A DNA stretch of 62,323 nt, counting the filler, from Thermodesulfobacteriota bacterium (GTDB lineage Bacteria > DASVDK01): NCBI GenBank assembly GCA_036381125.1. It is 8 parts of 8 records of this genome, joined end to end, with 100 filler letters (N's around TTAATTAATTAA, not from the genome) between each part and the next. Parts side by side here need not be neighbours in the genome. Positions count along the whole stretch, not along the records: positions 12,290 to 19,890 come from DASVDK010000175.1; positions 19,991 to 26,093 come from DASVDK010000177.1; positions 26,194 to 41,293 come from DASVDK010000178.1; 5 more parts are not named here. One strand, 5' to 3'. The position numbers and the translations under genes are program-made. Shown here one piece after another: positions 18,117-27,478 of this stretch (positions are counted from its first letter, which is position 1; every line of letters begins with the position of its first letter). Below the pieces are notes generated by a model. That model saw only the letters and a list, made by a program, of their open reading frames with translations. It was not told the DNA's origin and made no database searches.

Positions 18117-19889
18117 TCAGCGCTCGAGGAGTCGGCGGACCAGCTCCACCAGGACGTCCGGGAGCCGCTCGGGACGCAACAGGCGCGCGTACGACGCCCG
18201 GCCGAAGACCCGCGGCAGGTACGCGGGCGCCTCGCGGTCGATCGTCAGGCAGAACGGCCTGAGCCCCTGGAGCTGCGCCTCGACCACCGCCTGCCGGGTG
18301 TCCTCCACGCCGTAGCGCCCTTCGTAGCGGTCGACGTCGTTCGGCCTGCCGTCCGAGAGGAGGAGCAGCAGGCGGTGTCGGGCGCGCTCGCGGCCGAGCA
18401 GCGCCGTCGCGTGCCGGATGGCGGCGCCGACGCGGGTGCAGCGGTCCGGCTCGAGCCCCGCGATCCGCCGACGGACCGCGGCGCCGTAGGGCTCGTCGAA
18501 GTCCTTCGCCGTGGCGAGCGTGACGCGCCCCGGCCCCTCGCCCGAGAAGCTCAGGATCGCGTAGCGGTCGCCGAGCGCGTCGAGCGCTTCGGCGGTCACG
18601 AGGAGCGCCTCCTTCTCGACGTCGATCACCCGCCGCGTCCCGGACACCCAGGCGTCGGTCGACGCGCTCACGTCGACCAGCACGACGATCGAGATGTCGC
18701 GGCGCGCCGGCCGGGCGGCGGCGTAGAGGCGCTCGTCGAGCGCGCGGCCGGCGGCGCGATCGGCGAACGCCGCGACGCAGGCATCGACGTCGATCTCGGG
18801 ACCGTCGGGCTGCCGGCCGAGGCAGACGCGCCGCGCCCGGAGCCGCTCGAACCGGCGCCGCACCCGCTCGACGAGCGGCGCCTGCCGGGCGAGGACTCCC
18901 TCGGCCCAGGCGAGGTCCCCCTCCGGCGCCGCGACGTCGCGGACGACGGCCCCCGGGTTCCGGTACGCGCCGGCATGGTGGTCCCACTCCGGGTAGACGA
19001 TCCCGGCCGCGAGCGGCCGTCCGCCGGGAGCGGTCCGCCGGGACGGCGGTTCCTCCGCGAGGAGGACCTCGTTCGGACGGTCGGGCGTCCGGACCACCGG
19101 CGCCTCCTCGAGTTCCGCCAGCGAGTCGGCGAGCCCCTCGGGATCGGCCCCCTCGTCCCGGTCGAGCGGGCGCTGGAGCCCCCGGGGGTCCTCGACGCTC
19201 TCGCTCGGGTCGTCCCAGGGGAGCACCCACATGCCGGGCCGGTCGTCCGGCTCGTCCTCGGCCGGTGTGCGCGGCCGCGGCCGCCGGCGCAGCCGCGCGG
19301 CCCGCTGCCGCCCCGGCCTCGCCTCGTCGCTCCCGTCCGGCCGCGCGCCGCTCGCGGCGCCGGGGTCGGCGGCGCGGGTCGTCACCCCCCAGGGCTCGAC
19401 CACCGCCACGCCGCGGTAGCCGCCCGCCGACGGGAGGTCGCGCCAGACGGCCGCCGCCCACCGGAGCGACGCCTCCGGCGTCGCGGCCGGGTCGAAGGGC
19501 GGCGGGGGGCTCGCCGGATCGGCGCCGAGCGCCGCCCGGACGAGCCGCTCGACCGCCCGCTCGGCTGGCGTCAGCCGCTCGGTGGGTGGACGGGCGGCCA
19601 GCGCCTCGCGCCGCGCGGCGACGAGATCCGGCAGGAGGCCCGGCACGCCGATCGCGAGCCAGCGATCGATCGCCACCCCCTCGGCGAGGAGGTAGAGGTC
19701 CCGCAGCGGCCCCGCCGGCGGCAGCCGCAGCGGCGTACCGCGGGCGGCGCGCGCCGCCTGCTCGAGGACGAGGAGGCGGTACGCCTGCGGGTCGAGGTCG
19801 GGCGGCAGGCGGATCCGCGCGCCGTCGGTGCCGGCAAGCGGTCGGTCGGCGACGAGGTGCGGCGGGGTGCGGCGGGCCAGGCGGGCGAG
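18117..19889 (-). CDS. norD: Nitric oxide reductase activation protein NorD (vWA), 5' truncated
   Basis: Frame open to the contig edge (…TDGARIRLP…DLYLLAE…); EDPRGLQRPLDRD, YPEWD, MIDAS DVSAST and LSDGRPND.D.YEGRYGVEDTR. Confidence 0.85.
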   Translation of the reverse strand, partial: LARLARRTPPHLVADRPLAGTDGARIRLPPDLDPQAYRLLVLEQAARAARGTPLRLPPAGPLRDLYLLAEGVAIDRWLAIGVPGLLPDLVAARREALAARPPTERLTPAERAVERLVRAALGADPASPPPPFDPAATPEASLRWAAAVWRDLPSAGGYRGVAVVEPWGVTTRAADPGAASGARPDGSDEARPGRQRAARLRRRPRPRTPAEDEPDDRPGMWVLPWDDPSESVEDPRGLQRPLDRDEGADPEGLADSLAELEEAPVVRTPDRPNEVLLAEEPPSRRTAPGGRPLAAGIVYPEWDHHAGAYRNPGAVVRDVAAPEGDLAWAEGVLARQAPLVERVRRRFERLRARRVCLGRQPDGPEIDVDACVAAFADRAAGRALDERLYAAARPARRDISIVVLVDVSASTDAWVSGTRRVIDVEKEALLVTAEALDALGDRYAILSFSGEGPGRVTLATAKDFDEPYGAAVRRRIAGLEPDRCTRVGAAIRHATALLGRERARHRLLLLLSDGRPNDVDRYEGRYGVEDTRQAVVEAQLQGLRPFCLTIDREAPAYLPRVFGRASYARLLRPERLPDVLVELVRRLLER

Positions 19890-19890
19890 C

Positions 19891-19990
19891 NNNNNNNNNN
19901 NNNNNNNNNNNNNNNNNNNNNNNNNNNNNNNNNNTTAATTAATTAANNNNNNNNNNNNNNNNNNNNNNNNNNNNNNNNNNNNNNNNNNNN
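19891..19990. other. Artificial contig linker
   Basis: N-run with TTAATTAATTAA. Confidence 0.99.
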
Positions 19991-20019
19991 GGGGCCGGGC
20001 TCGGGGGCCACGCCGGTGC

Positions 20020-20048
20020 TTGACAACCTGCGCCGATCTCCGTATAGC
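20020..20048 (+). promoter_or_regulatory. sigma70-type promoter
   Basis: TTGACA-17 nt-TATAGC upstream of 20141. Confidence 0.65.
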
Positions 20049-20140
20049 GGCCCGCATCGAGCACCCGCACGCCCGGGCTCGCCGGGGCCGATCTCCGCGC
20101 CGGCTCGGGCCCTGGCTGCCGCACCTGGAGAGAGGACGGA

Positions 20141-21853
20141 TTGTCGCGACCCGATGCTGCGACGACCGCGAAGCCGCTGCTCGCGGCCCTGAGCGTTGCC
20201 ACGCTCCTGATCCTCTCCCCCGCGAACGTCGTCCTCGACCACAACATCCGGTTCCTGCAGTACGAGTGGCGGCTGCTCGTCTTCGCCTGGGCCGCCTGGG
20301 GCCTCCTCGTCGTCGTCCTGCGACCGCTGTTCGCCTGGTCTCTCGGGGGACCGGAGGCGCGCGGGTGGCTCCTGCGGGCCGTCACGGCCCTGGTGGTCGT
20401 GCTCGCCGTGATGCAGGCACGCTTCGACCTCGCGCCGCTCGTGCCGTCCGGGCCGGCGCTGGCCGTCCCGGGCGGTGTGGCCTGCCTGCTCGTCGCCGTG
20501 GTGTGGCGCGTGCGGCGGTCGACGCTGGTCACGGCGCTCGTCGTCCTCGCCCCGCTCGTCCTCCTCGAGGCGTACACCTCGTATCGAGTCCTGCGACAGA
20601 TCCAGGGCCGTCCGGTGGCGAGCCCCGTGCTCGCCCGGGAGGGGGCGAAGGGGCCGAACGTGTTCCACCTCGTCTTCGACGAGTTCTCCCTCCTGCCGAT
20701 CCTCGACCCGGAGGGGCGGCTCGACGAACGCATCGTGCCGAACCTCGCGGCATTCGCTCGCGAGGCGACGTTCTTCCCCGAGGCGACCAGCCACTACCCG
20801 GACACCGTCTACTCCCTGGCGAGCGTCTTCCGCTCGCAGCTGATCCGGCCCGACTGGTCCGGAGACAGCTACCTGGCCTTCGGCCATGCGGTGCAGGGAC
20901 GGAGCCTGTTCCGGTACCTGAAGGAGCGGGGGTATCGGGTCGAGGTGTTCGGGCAGCACATCCCCTACCGCAAGCTCCTGGGCGTCCTGGCGGACAGGAC
21001 GAGCGGCCGCGAGAGCGACGTGCCCCTGGCCCACGCCAGCTACGCCTACCTGAGCCGTCTCTTCGGAGAGCCCTTGATCCGGGCCGTCTATCGCGTCTCG
21101 GGCCTGGAGAACGCGACGGACGACGGGTTCGCCATCGGCGCCGCCGATCTCATGGCGCTCGCGACCCGGAGGGGGGCGATGCTGCCGGACCGGGGGGTCT
21201 ACTACTACGTCCACGTCCTCCTGCCGCACTTTCCGTTCGTCTACGCGGCCGACGGGAGGCGCGTCCAGCGCAAGGACCCGCGGCTCGCCGACTACGTCGA
21301 GCAGATCCGGTATACGGACCGGCTCTTCGGGGCGTTCGTCTCCGCCCTCCGGGCCGGCGGCCGGTACGACGAGAGCCTGATCATCGTCCACTCCGACCAT
21401 GGCGTCCGGTACCCGTTTCCGGACCTCGGCATCGACCTCCCGGCCGGCGTCCCGCGGTCGACCACCGCGCTCATCTCGGCCGTGCCCGAGAGCCTCGACG
21501 TCCTGGCGCGGGTCCCGCTGCTCGTCAAGGCGCCGGGCCAGCGCACCGGCGCGGTCCGACGCGAACCGGTGACGCTCCTCGACGTCTACCCGACGGTGGC
21601 CGAGGTCGTCGGCGGCGTGCCGGAGGGGGTCAGGGGCGCGTCCCTCCTGTCGCCTGCCGACCCGCTGCCGCACCGGACGTGGCGTCCCTTCCTGACCGCG
21701 CCCGCCGATCGTCGGCCGGGCCGCGGGGAGCAGGCCTACCGCGTCCACGTGTCGGGCCGCACGGCAAGCGGGTGGGAGGAGATGACGGAGGCGGAGTTCG
21801 AGGAGACCTTTCGGCCCGTCGATCCCCGCATGGCCGAACCGTTGCTCCCGTGA
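20141..21853 (+). CDS. Membrane-anchored alkaline-phosphatase-superfamily (LtaS/sulfatase-like) hydrolase or transferase
   Basis: About 5 N-terminal TM; PNVFHLVFDE, likely Thr nucleophile (YPDT..SL), LPHFP, SDHG and VPLLVK. Confidence 0.8.
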   Translation: MSRPDAATTAKPLLAALSVATLLILSPANVVLDHNIRFLQYEWRLLVFAWAAWGLLVVVLRPLFAWSLGGPEARGWLLRAVTALVVVLAVMQARFDLAPLVPSGPALAVPGGVACLLVAVVWRVRRSTLVTALVVLAPLVLLEAYTSYRVLRQIQGRPVASPVLAREGAKGPNVFHLVFDEFSLLPILDPEGRLDERIVPNLAAFAREATFFPEATSHYPDTVYSLASVFRSQLIRPDWSGDSYLAFGHAVQGRSLFRYLKERGYRVEVFGQHIPYRKLLGVLADRTSGRESDVPLAHASYAYLSRLFGEPLIRAVYRVSGLENATDDGFAIGAADLMALATRRGAMLPDRGVYYYVHVLLPHFPFVYAADGRRVQRKDPRLADYVEQIRYTDRLFGAFVSALRAGGRYDESLIIVHSDHGVRYPFPDLGIDLPAGVPRSTTALISAVPESLDVLARVPLLVKAPGQRTGAVRREPVTLLDVYPTVAEVVGGVPEGVRGASLLSPADPLPHRTWRPFLTAPADRRPGRGEQAYRVHVSGRTASGWEEMTEAEFEETFRPVDPRMAEPLLP

Positions 21854-21880
21854 GGCGCGGCCGATGCCGGGCCCCTCGTC

Positions 21881-23500
21881 CTACGCCCGCCTGACGATCC
21901 GCCCCGGGCGCGCGGCTCGCGCCGCGCCGTCGCGCACCACCTCGACGCCGTTCACGAACACGCGCGCGATCCCCTCGGGAGCGCCGTACGGGTCGGCCAG
22001 CGTGGCCCGATCGGCGATGCGGTCCGGATCGAAGACGACCACGTCGGCCGCGTAGCCGGGGGCCAGCCGACCGCGGCCGGAGAGGCGAAAGCGCTCTGCC
22101 GGATAGCCGGTGAGGCGCCGGATCGCCTCGGGGAGCGACATGACGCCCCGCTCGCGCACGTAGCGGGCGAGGAAGCGCGGGAAGGCGCCGTGGTTGCGGG
22201 GATGCAGCGCCATGGCCCGGTCGAGCCGGCCGTCTATGGCGTACGTGTCGGTCCCCATCATGGTGAGCGGATGGCGAAGGACGCGGTCCACGTCCTCCTG
22301 CGCGATCACGCGGCTCACGATGATCGGGCCGCGGGCGGCGAGGACGAGGTCGATCGCGAGATCGAGCGGGTGGGCCCCCTTCGCGCCGGCCATCTCCGCG
22401 ATGCTCGCGTGCTCGGGCAGGTCGAGGCCCGGCGCGTCGAGGACGTTGTAGTCCCAGTCGGCGCCCGGATACGTCAGCTCGAGGTGCGAGACCCAGCCGT
22501 CGCGGAAGGCGGCGTGCATCCGCTCCCGGAACCCGGCCGCCCTCACGGCCCGTTGCATCCGATCGAACGGCAGCCCGCTCACCTCGGGCGGGAACAGCTC
22601 GTCGAGCCGGTGCGGGTGGTAGAAGGGGTGGAAGTGCAGGAAGTCGATCGCCACGTCGAGCCCCTCGTCGCGCGCGCGCTCGATGGCGGCGATGGTCGAG
22701 CGGAGCCGGCCGCGGTTGCGCCGGCCGACGACGTTGTGGTGGGAGAGCTGCACCGGCTGCCCGCTCCGCCGGCCGATCTCGATCAGCTCGTGGACGGCGG
22801 CCTCCACCTCGTCGCTCTCGTTGCGGACGTGCGACACGTAGAGCCCGCCGTAGTCGCCGAGCGTCCGGGCGAGGTCGATCACCTCGTCGGTGTCGGCGTA
22901 GCAACCGGGCCGGTACTCCCGGCCGGTGGAGAGCCCCACGGCGCCCGCCTCGAGCGCCTCCACGAGCAGCCGCCGCATGGCGGCGCGCTCGTCGGGCGCG
23001 GCCGGCCCCTGCCGCGACCCCATGACGCAGGCCCGCAGCGTCCCCTGGCCGACGAGGAACGCCTTGTTCGTGCCGGTCCCCCGGCGCTCGATCGCCGCCA
23101 TGAACTCGCCGAAGGTGCGGTAGTCCCAGTCGACCCGGTCGCCGCTGCCGAGGCCGAGACAGCGGTCGAGGAAGCGGTCGAACAGGGCGGCTCGCGCCGG
23201 CGCCGAGAAGGGGGCGAGCGAGTAGCCGCAGTTGCCGACCACCTCGGTCGTGATGCCCTGCAGGAGGCTGCTCGTGCCCTGGGGGTTCAGCAGGCAGGAC
23301 ACGTCGGAGTGCGAGTGGGCGTCGACGAAGCCGGGCGCCACGACGAGCCCGGCGGCGGGGAGCGTCTCCCGGCGCGGGGCGCCCGCGAGGTCGCCCAGGG
23401 CGGCCACCATGTCGCCCGCGAGGCCCACGTCGGCCCGGCGGGCGGGGGCGCCCGTGCCGTCGACGACCGTCCCCCCCTCGATGACGAGGTCGAACGTCAC
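21881..23500 (-). CDS. N-acyl-D-amino-acid deacylase (D-aminoacylase)
   Basis: PGFVDAHSHSD, GNCG, SHVRNE and HPRNHGAFPR; GTG overlaps the upstream stop. Confidence 0.9.
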   Translation of the reverse strand: MTFDLVIEGGTVVDGTGAPARRADVGLAGDMVAALGDLAGAPRRETLPAAGLVVAPGFVDAHSHSDVSCLLNPQGTSSLLQGITTEVVGNCGYSLAPFSAPARAALFDRFLDRCLGLGSGDRVDWDYRTFGEFMAAIERRGTGTNKAFLVGQGTLRACVMGSRQGPAAPDERAAMRRLLVEALEAGAVGLSTGREYRPGCYADTDEVIDLARTLGDYGGLYVSHVRNESDEVEAAVHELIEIGRRSGQPVQLSHHNVVGRRNRGRLRSTIAAIERARDEGLDVAIDFLHFHPFYHPHRLDELFPPEVSGLPFDRMQRAVRAAGFRERMHAAFRDGWVSHLELTYPGADWDYNVLDAPGLDLPEHASIAEMAGAKGAHPLDLAIDLVLAARGPIIVSRVIAQEDVDRVLRHPLTMMGTDTYAIDGRLDRAMALHPRNHGAFPRFLARYVRERGVMSLPEAIRRLTGYPAERFRLSGRGRLAPGYAADVVVFDPDRIADRATLADPYGAPEGIARVFVNGVEVVRDGAARAARPGRIVRRA

Positions 23501-25116
23501 GGCTGGAACCGGACGCGCCGCAGCGACTGCAGGACGCCCGCCGACACGCCGAGGTGCTCGAACCCCTTGTAGCGCCGATCGAACGCGTACCAGCGCTGTT
23601 GATGGTACAGCACGTGGATCGGCTTCTCCTCGTCGAGGATCTCGACGAACTCGGCGTAGAGCGCCTTGCGCTCGGTCTGCGTCCGTGCCGATCGGGCCCT
23701 GTCGAGCAGCTCGTCGACCCTGGGGTTGCTGTAGCCGTTGGTGTTGCGCGGCTGCCCGGTGCGGAAGAGGCTGTAGCTGATCGGGTCGGGGTCCACGGAG
23801 CCGGCCGAGGCGAGGAGGAGGAGGTCGTACGCGCCCTTCATGAAGCGGTCGGACCACGCGCCGAACTCGAGCGGCTCGACGGAGACCTCCACCCCGACCG
23901 TCTTGAGCTGCTGCTGGATGGCGGCCGCCACGTCCACGAGGTTCTCGTAGACCTCGACGACGAGGCCGAGCGAGAGCCGCCGGCCGTCCTTCACGAGCAC
24001 GCCGTCCCGGCCGGCGGAGTAGCCGGCCTCGGCGAGCAGCCGCCGCGCCCGCTCGGGGTCGTACGGCGTCGGCTTGACCTTCGTGGTGTAGGCCCAGCTA
24101 CTGGGCGGGATGGGGCCGTTCGCCTCGGTCATGTAGCCGCGGCCGAGCGTCTGCCGGATGGTCTTCGTGTCGATGGCGAAGGCGATCGCCTGGCGCACCC
24201 GCCTGTCCGCGAGCGCCGGGTGCTCGAGCTGGAAGACGATGCCCCGGAAGTTCACGTCCTCGCCGAAGAGGGTCGTGAGCCTCGGGTTCCTGCGGATCGC
24301 CGGGATGGCGTCGGGCGCCGGCGACCGGAGGAACTGGATGCCGCCCGACTCGAGCTGGGCGAGTCGGACTGTCATCTCGGGGATGATCTGCATGATGACC
24401 CGGTCGAGCGCGGGCCGGCCGCGGTGATAGTCCGGGTTGGCCTCGAGGACCAGGCGCTCGCCGCGCCGCCACTCGACGAGGCGGAATGGGCCGGTGCCGA
24501 TCGGCTTGCGGTTGAACTCGGCGGTGTTGAGGCTCTGCCCCTCGAGGAGGTGCCTGGGCAGGATGGCGCCCTGGGGGCTCACGAGCACCGTCAGCAGGGG
24601 CGCGTACGGATAGCGCAGGTTCAGGCGAACCGTGTGGCGGTCCAGGACCTCGACCGGCTTCCTGGGCAGCGACTCGTACGGGACCGGGTTCTCCTTCGCC
24701 GTCAGCTCGGGAAAGCCGACGAAGGCGTGGAAGTTGCTCCGCCACGACGAGGCGTTCGCCGGGTTGAGGTGCTCGCGGATCGTGAAGGCGACGTCCTCGG
24801 CCGTGAACGGCTTGCCGTCGTGCCAGGTGACGCCGGACTTGAGCCGGATCGTGTACGTCAGGCCGTCGCGCGAGACCTGCACCGACTCGGCGAGGACCGG
24901 TCGCGGCACGAGGTCGTGCCCCAGCTCGAAGAGGCTGTCGTAGATCTGCCAGAGGAGGTCGAACTCCGTGCCGCCCCGGAAGAGGACGGGGTTCAGCGAG
25001 CGGGGATCGGTCTCGATCCCCATGACGATCTGCCGGGGCGCCTCTGCGGCGCAGGGAGCCGGGAAGCCGAGCGCCGGGAGCGCGAGGGCCAGGACGACGC
25101 CGACGAGTCGTGTCAT
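23497..25116 (-). CDS. Peptide/nickel ABC transporter substrate-binding protein (family 5)
   Basis: WHDGKPFTAEDVAFT, PIGTGPF and RVRQAI motifs; signal peptide. Confidence 0.93.
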   Translation of the reverse strand: MTRLVGVVLALALPALGFPAPCAAEAPRQIVMGIETDPRSLNPVLFRGGTEFDLLWQIYDSLFELGHDLVPRPVLAESVQVSRDGLTYTIRLKSGVTWHDGKPFTAEDVAFTIREHLNPANASSWRSNFHAFVGFPELTAKENPVPYESLPRKPVEVLDRHTVRLNLRYPYAPLLTVLVSPQGAILPRHLLEGQSLNTAEFNRKPIGTGPFRLVEWRRGERLVLEANPDYHRGRPALDRVIMQIIPEMTVRLAQLESGGIQFLRSPAPDAIPAIRRNPRLTTLFGEDVNFRGIVFQLEHPALADRRVRQAIAFAIDTKTIRQTLGRGYMTEANGPIPPSSWAYTTKVKPTPYDPERARRLLAEAGYSAGRDGVLVKDGRRLSLGLVVEVYENLVDVAAAIQQQLKTVGVEVSVEPLEFGAWSDRFMKGAYDLLLLASAGSVDPDPISYSLFRTGQPRNTNGYSNPRVDELLDRARSARTQTERKALYAEFVEILDEEKPIHVLYHQQRWYAFDRRYKGFEHLGVSAGVLQSLRRVRFQP

Positions 25117-25128
25117 GACCAGTCCTCC

Positions 25129-25980
25129 CTACGCCGCGACGCCGCGACGCCGTCGCGGGGCGGCGAGCCTCGGGTCGAGGGCCTCGCGGAGGCCGTCGCC
25201 GAGGAGGTTGAAGCCGAGGACCACCAGGAAGATGGCGAGCCCCGGGAACGTGGCGATCCACCAGCCCTGGAGCAGGAACCGTCGCCCGTCGGCGAGCATC
25301 GCGCCCCACGAGGGGAGCGGCGGCGGCACGCCGAGGCCGAGGAACGAGAGGGCCGACTCGATCAGGACCGCGTTGGCGACGAAGAGGCTCGCCTGCGTGA
25401 GCACGAGCGGCATGGCGTTGCGGAGCACGTGGCCCCCGAGGATGTGCAGGTCGGCCGCGCCGAGCGCCCGGGCCGCCTCGACGAAGGGCTGCCCTCGGAG
25501 GGCCAGCACCTCGCCCCGCACGAAGCGGGCCGTGGGCGGCCAGTAGGCCAGCCCGATCACGAGGACGGTGTTCCGCACGCTCGCGCCGAAGACCGCCACC
25601 ACGATGAGGACGAGGAACAGCGCCGGGATGCACATGAAGACGTCGGTTGCCCGCATGAGCATCCGGTCGGCGCGCCCCCGGAAGTACCCCGCGACCGCGC
25701 CGGCGCCGATCCCGACCGCCACGGCAAGTGCCGTCGCGCCGACCCCGATGGCCAGCGAGAGCCGCGCGCCCCAGAGCAAACGCGACAGGATATCGCGTCC
25801 GAGGCCGTCCGTCCCGAGCCAGTGCGCCGCCGACGGGGGCTCGAGCCGCCGCGTGAGGTCCTGCTCCGCGTAGTCCTGCGGCGCCAGTGCCGGTCCGGCG
25901 GCGGCCGCCAGCACGAGCAGCCCCACGAGCAGGGCCCCGCTCCATCCCCTGGCGCCCATCACGGCCAGGCCGACCCTCAT
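25129..25980 (-). CDS. Peptide ABC permease (DppC/OppC)
   Basis: HWLGTDGLGRD, EAARALG loop, ESALSFLGLG. Confidence 0.93.
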   Translation of the reverse strand: MRVGLAVMGARGWSGALLVGLLVLAAAAGPALAPQDYAEQDLTRRLEPPSAAHWLGTDGLGRDILSRLLWGARLSLAIGVGATALAVAVGIGAGAVAGYFRGRADRMLMRATDVFMCIPALFLVLIVVAVFGASVRNTVLVIGLAYWPPTARFVRGEVLALRGQPFVEAARALGAADLHILGGHVLRNAMPLVLTQASLFVANAVLIESALSFLGLGVPPPLPSWGAMLADGRRFLLQGWWIATFPGLAIFLVVLGFNLLGDGLREALDPRLAAPRRRRGVAA

Positions 25981-26093
25981 TCCAGGGTAATCCTCGGATC
26001 GACGAGCGTGTAGACGACGTCGGTGAGGAAGTTGGCGAGGACGACGGCCGCGGCGACGATCAGCTCGATCGCCATGATGACCGGGTAGTCGCG
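25977..26093 (-). CDS. Peptide ABC permease (DppB/OppB), C-terminal fragment
   Basis: RDYPVIMA…ANFLTDVVYTLVDPRITLE*; ATGA overlap with the next gene. Confidence 0.85.
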   Translation of the reverse strand, partial: RDYPVIMAIELIVAAAVVLANFLTDVVYTLVDPRITLE

Positions 26094-26193
26094 NNNNNNN
26101 NNNNNNNNNNNNNNNNNNNNNNNNNNNNNNNNNNNNNTTAATTAATTAANNNNNNNNNNNNNNNNNNNNNNNNNNNNNNNNNNNNNNNNNNNN
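26094..26193. other. Artificial contig linker
   Basis: N-run with TTAATTAATTAA. Confidence 0.99.
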
Positions 26194-26321
26194 GAGGCGA
26201 GGATGGGGGCCGCGATGACCGGGAAGCCGGCGCCGATCGCCCCCTTGACGAAGGCGGCGAAGGCGAGGCCGAGGGCGCCCAGCGCTGCGGCAGCGGGCGA
26301 GGTGGCAAGCGCGGCGAACAG
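26194..26321 (-). CDS. TauE/SafE (sulfite exporter) family protein, N-terminal fragment
   Basis: AFAAFVKGAIGAGFPVIAAP motif; start uncertain (possible CTG at 26321). Confidence 0.6.
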
Positions 26322-26405
26322 AGGCTGTGTCTCCCTGGGAGCGAGCGCTTCTGGTACTATACGCGCCGCTCGTGGCAGTGTACACGGGCGCGCCGGAGCG
26401 GCCAC

Positions 26406-27041
26406 GTGAGCGGCCGCGAGCCGTCGATGGACGCGCTCCGCGCCGAAGCGGAGCGGCTCGCGGCCGGCGCCGGCGGGCTGCCCGCGGGGCGCCTCGTGTT
26501 CGGCGAGGGCAACCCGCGGGCGGAGCTGGTCATCGTCGGTGAGGCCCCCGGCGAGACCGAGGCGCGGCTCGGGCGCCCCTTCGTCGGCCGCGCGGGCCGT
26601 CTGCTCGACGACCTCCTCGCCGAGGCCGGGCTCGATCGCGCGGACGCGTGGGTCACCAACGTGGTCAAGGTGAGGCCCACCGCGGGCGAGGGGCCGCGCC
26701 GGCGCAACCGTCCCCCGCGCGTGAGCGAGGTCAGGGCCTGGCTCCCCGTCCTCGACGCCGAGATCGCCGCCGTCGACCCGGCGGTGCTCCTGGGCCTGGG
26801 AGCGTTCGCGGGGCGCGCCCTCGTGGGGCCGGAGTTCCAGATGGGGCGCGACCGGGGCCGCGTCGTCGTCGGGCGGCACGGGCGTCCCTGCCTGGTCACG
26901 TACCACCCGGCGTACCTCCTCCGCCAGCACGGGGAGCGGTTCGCCGAGATCCGGAGACTCGCGGCAGCCGACCTGGCTGCCGTCGGTGTGAGGCTAGCGG
27001 AGCTGCGCGACGCGCGCTCCGGAGGGAGGTCATCCAGATGA
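26406..27041 (+). CDS. Uracil-DNA glycosylase, family-4-like
   Basis: VFGEG, VGEAPG..E…GRPFVGRAG, TNVVK.RP and TYHPA motifs. Confidence 0.9.
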   Translation: MSGREPSMDALRAEAERLAAGAGGLPAGRLVFGEGNPRAELVIVGEAPGETEARLGRPFVGRAGRLLDDLLAEAGLDRADAWVTNVVKVRPTAGEGPRRRNRPPRVSEVRAWLPVLDAEIAAVDPAVLLGLGAFAGRALVGPEFQMGRDRGRVVVGRHGRPCLVTYHPAYLLRQHGERFAEIRRLAAADLAAVGVRLAELRDARSGGRSSR

Positions 27042-27409
27042 AGAAGGCCACAGCGGCTGCCCTGGCCGCGGTCCTGGTCGGGGGCGCCGCGTCGGCGGCG
27101 TTCGCCCAGCAGAACCCTCAGAAGCCGACGCCGCAGTCCATCGCGGCCGGCAAGGCGCTCTTCGAGCAGAACTGCGCGACCTGCCACGGCGTGGGCGGCA
27201 AGGGCGACGGGCCCGCGGCCGTCGCGCTCAACCCGAAGCCGGCCAACTTCACGACGGGGCAGTTCAAGCACGGCGGCAGCGACGCGCAGATCTTCAAGAC
27301 CATCTCGAACGGGGTGCCGGGCACCGCGATGGTCGGCTGGTCCTCGATTCCCGAGAAGAGCCGCTGGGACCTGGTGAACTACATCAGGAGCCTCGGGCCG
27401 AAGAAGTAG
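27038..27409 (+). CDS. Periplasmic monoheme cytochrome c
   Basis: Signal peptide, CATCH, distal Met in GTAMVGW. Confidence 0.92.
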   Translation: MKKATAAALAAVLVGGAASAAFAQQNPQKPTPQSIAAGKALFEQNCATCHGVGGKGDGPAAVALNPKPANFTTGQFKHGGSDAQIFKTISNGVPGTAMVGWSSIPEKSRWDLVNYIRSLGPKK

Positions 27410-27429
27410 CCCCGCATCCGAAATCCCCT

Positions 27430-27461
27430 GGGGGCGTGCGCAGTTGACGGTGTACGCCCCC
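27430..27461 (+). terminator. GC-rich hairpin after cytochrome c, overlapping a possible lysA -35
   Basis: GGGGGCGTGCGC/GTGTACGCCCCC 12-bp stem (2 G-U pairs); weak U tract. Confidence 0.45.
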
Positions 27462-27478
27462 TGCGTTTGAATAGCCCC

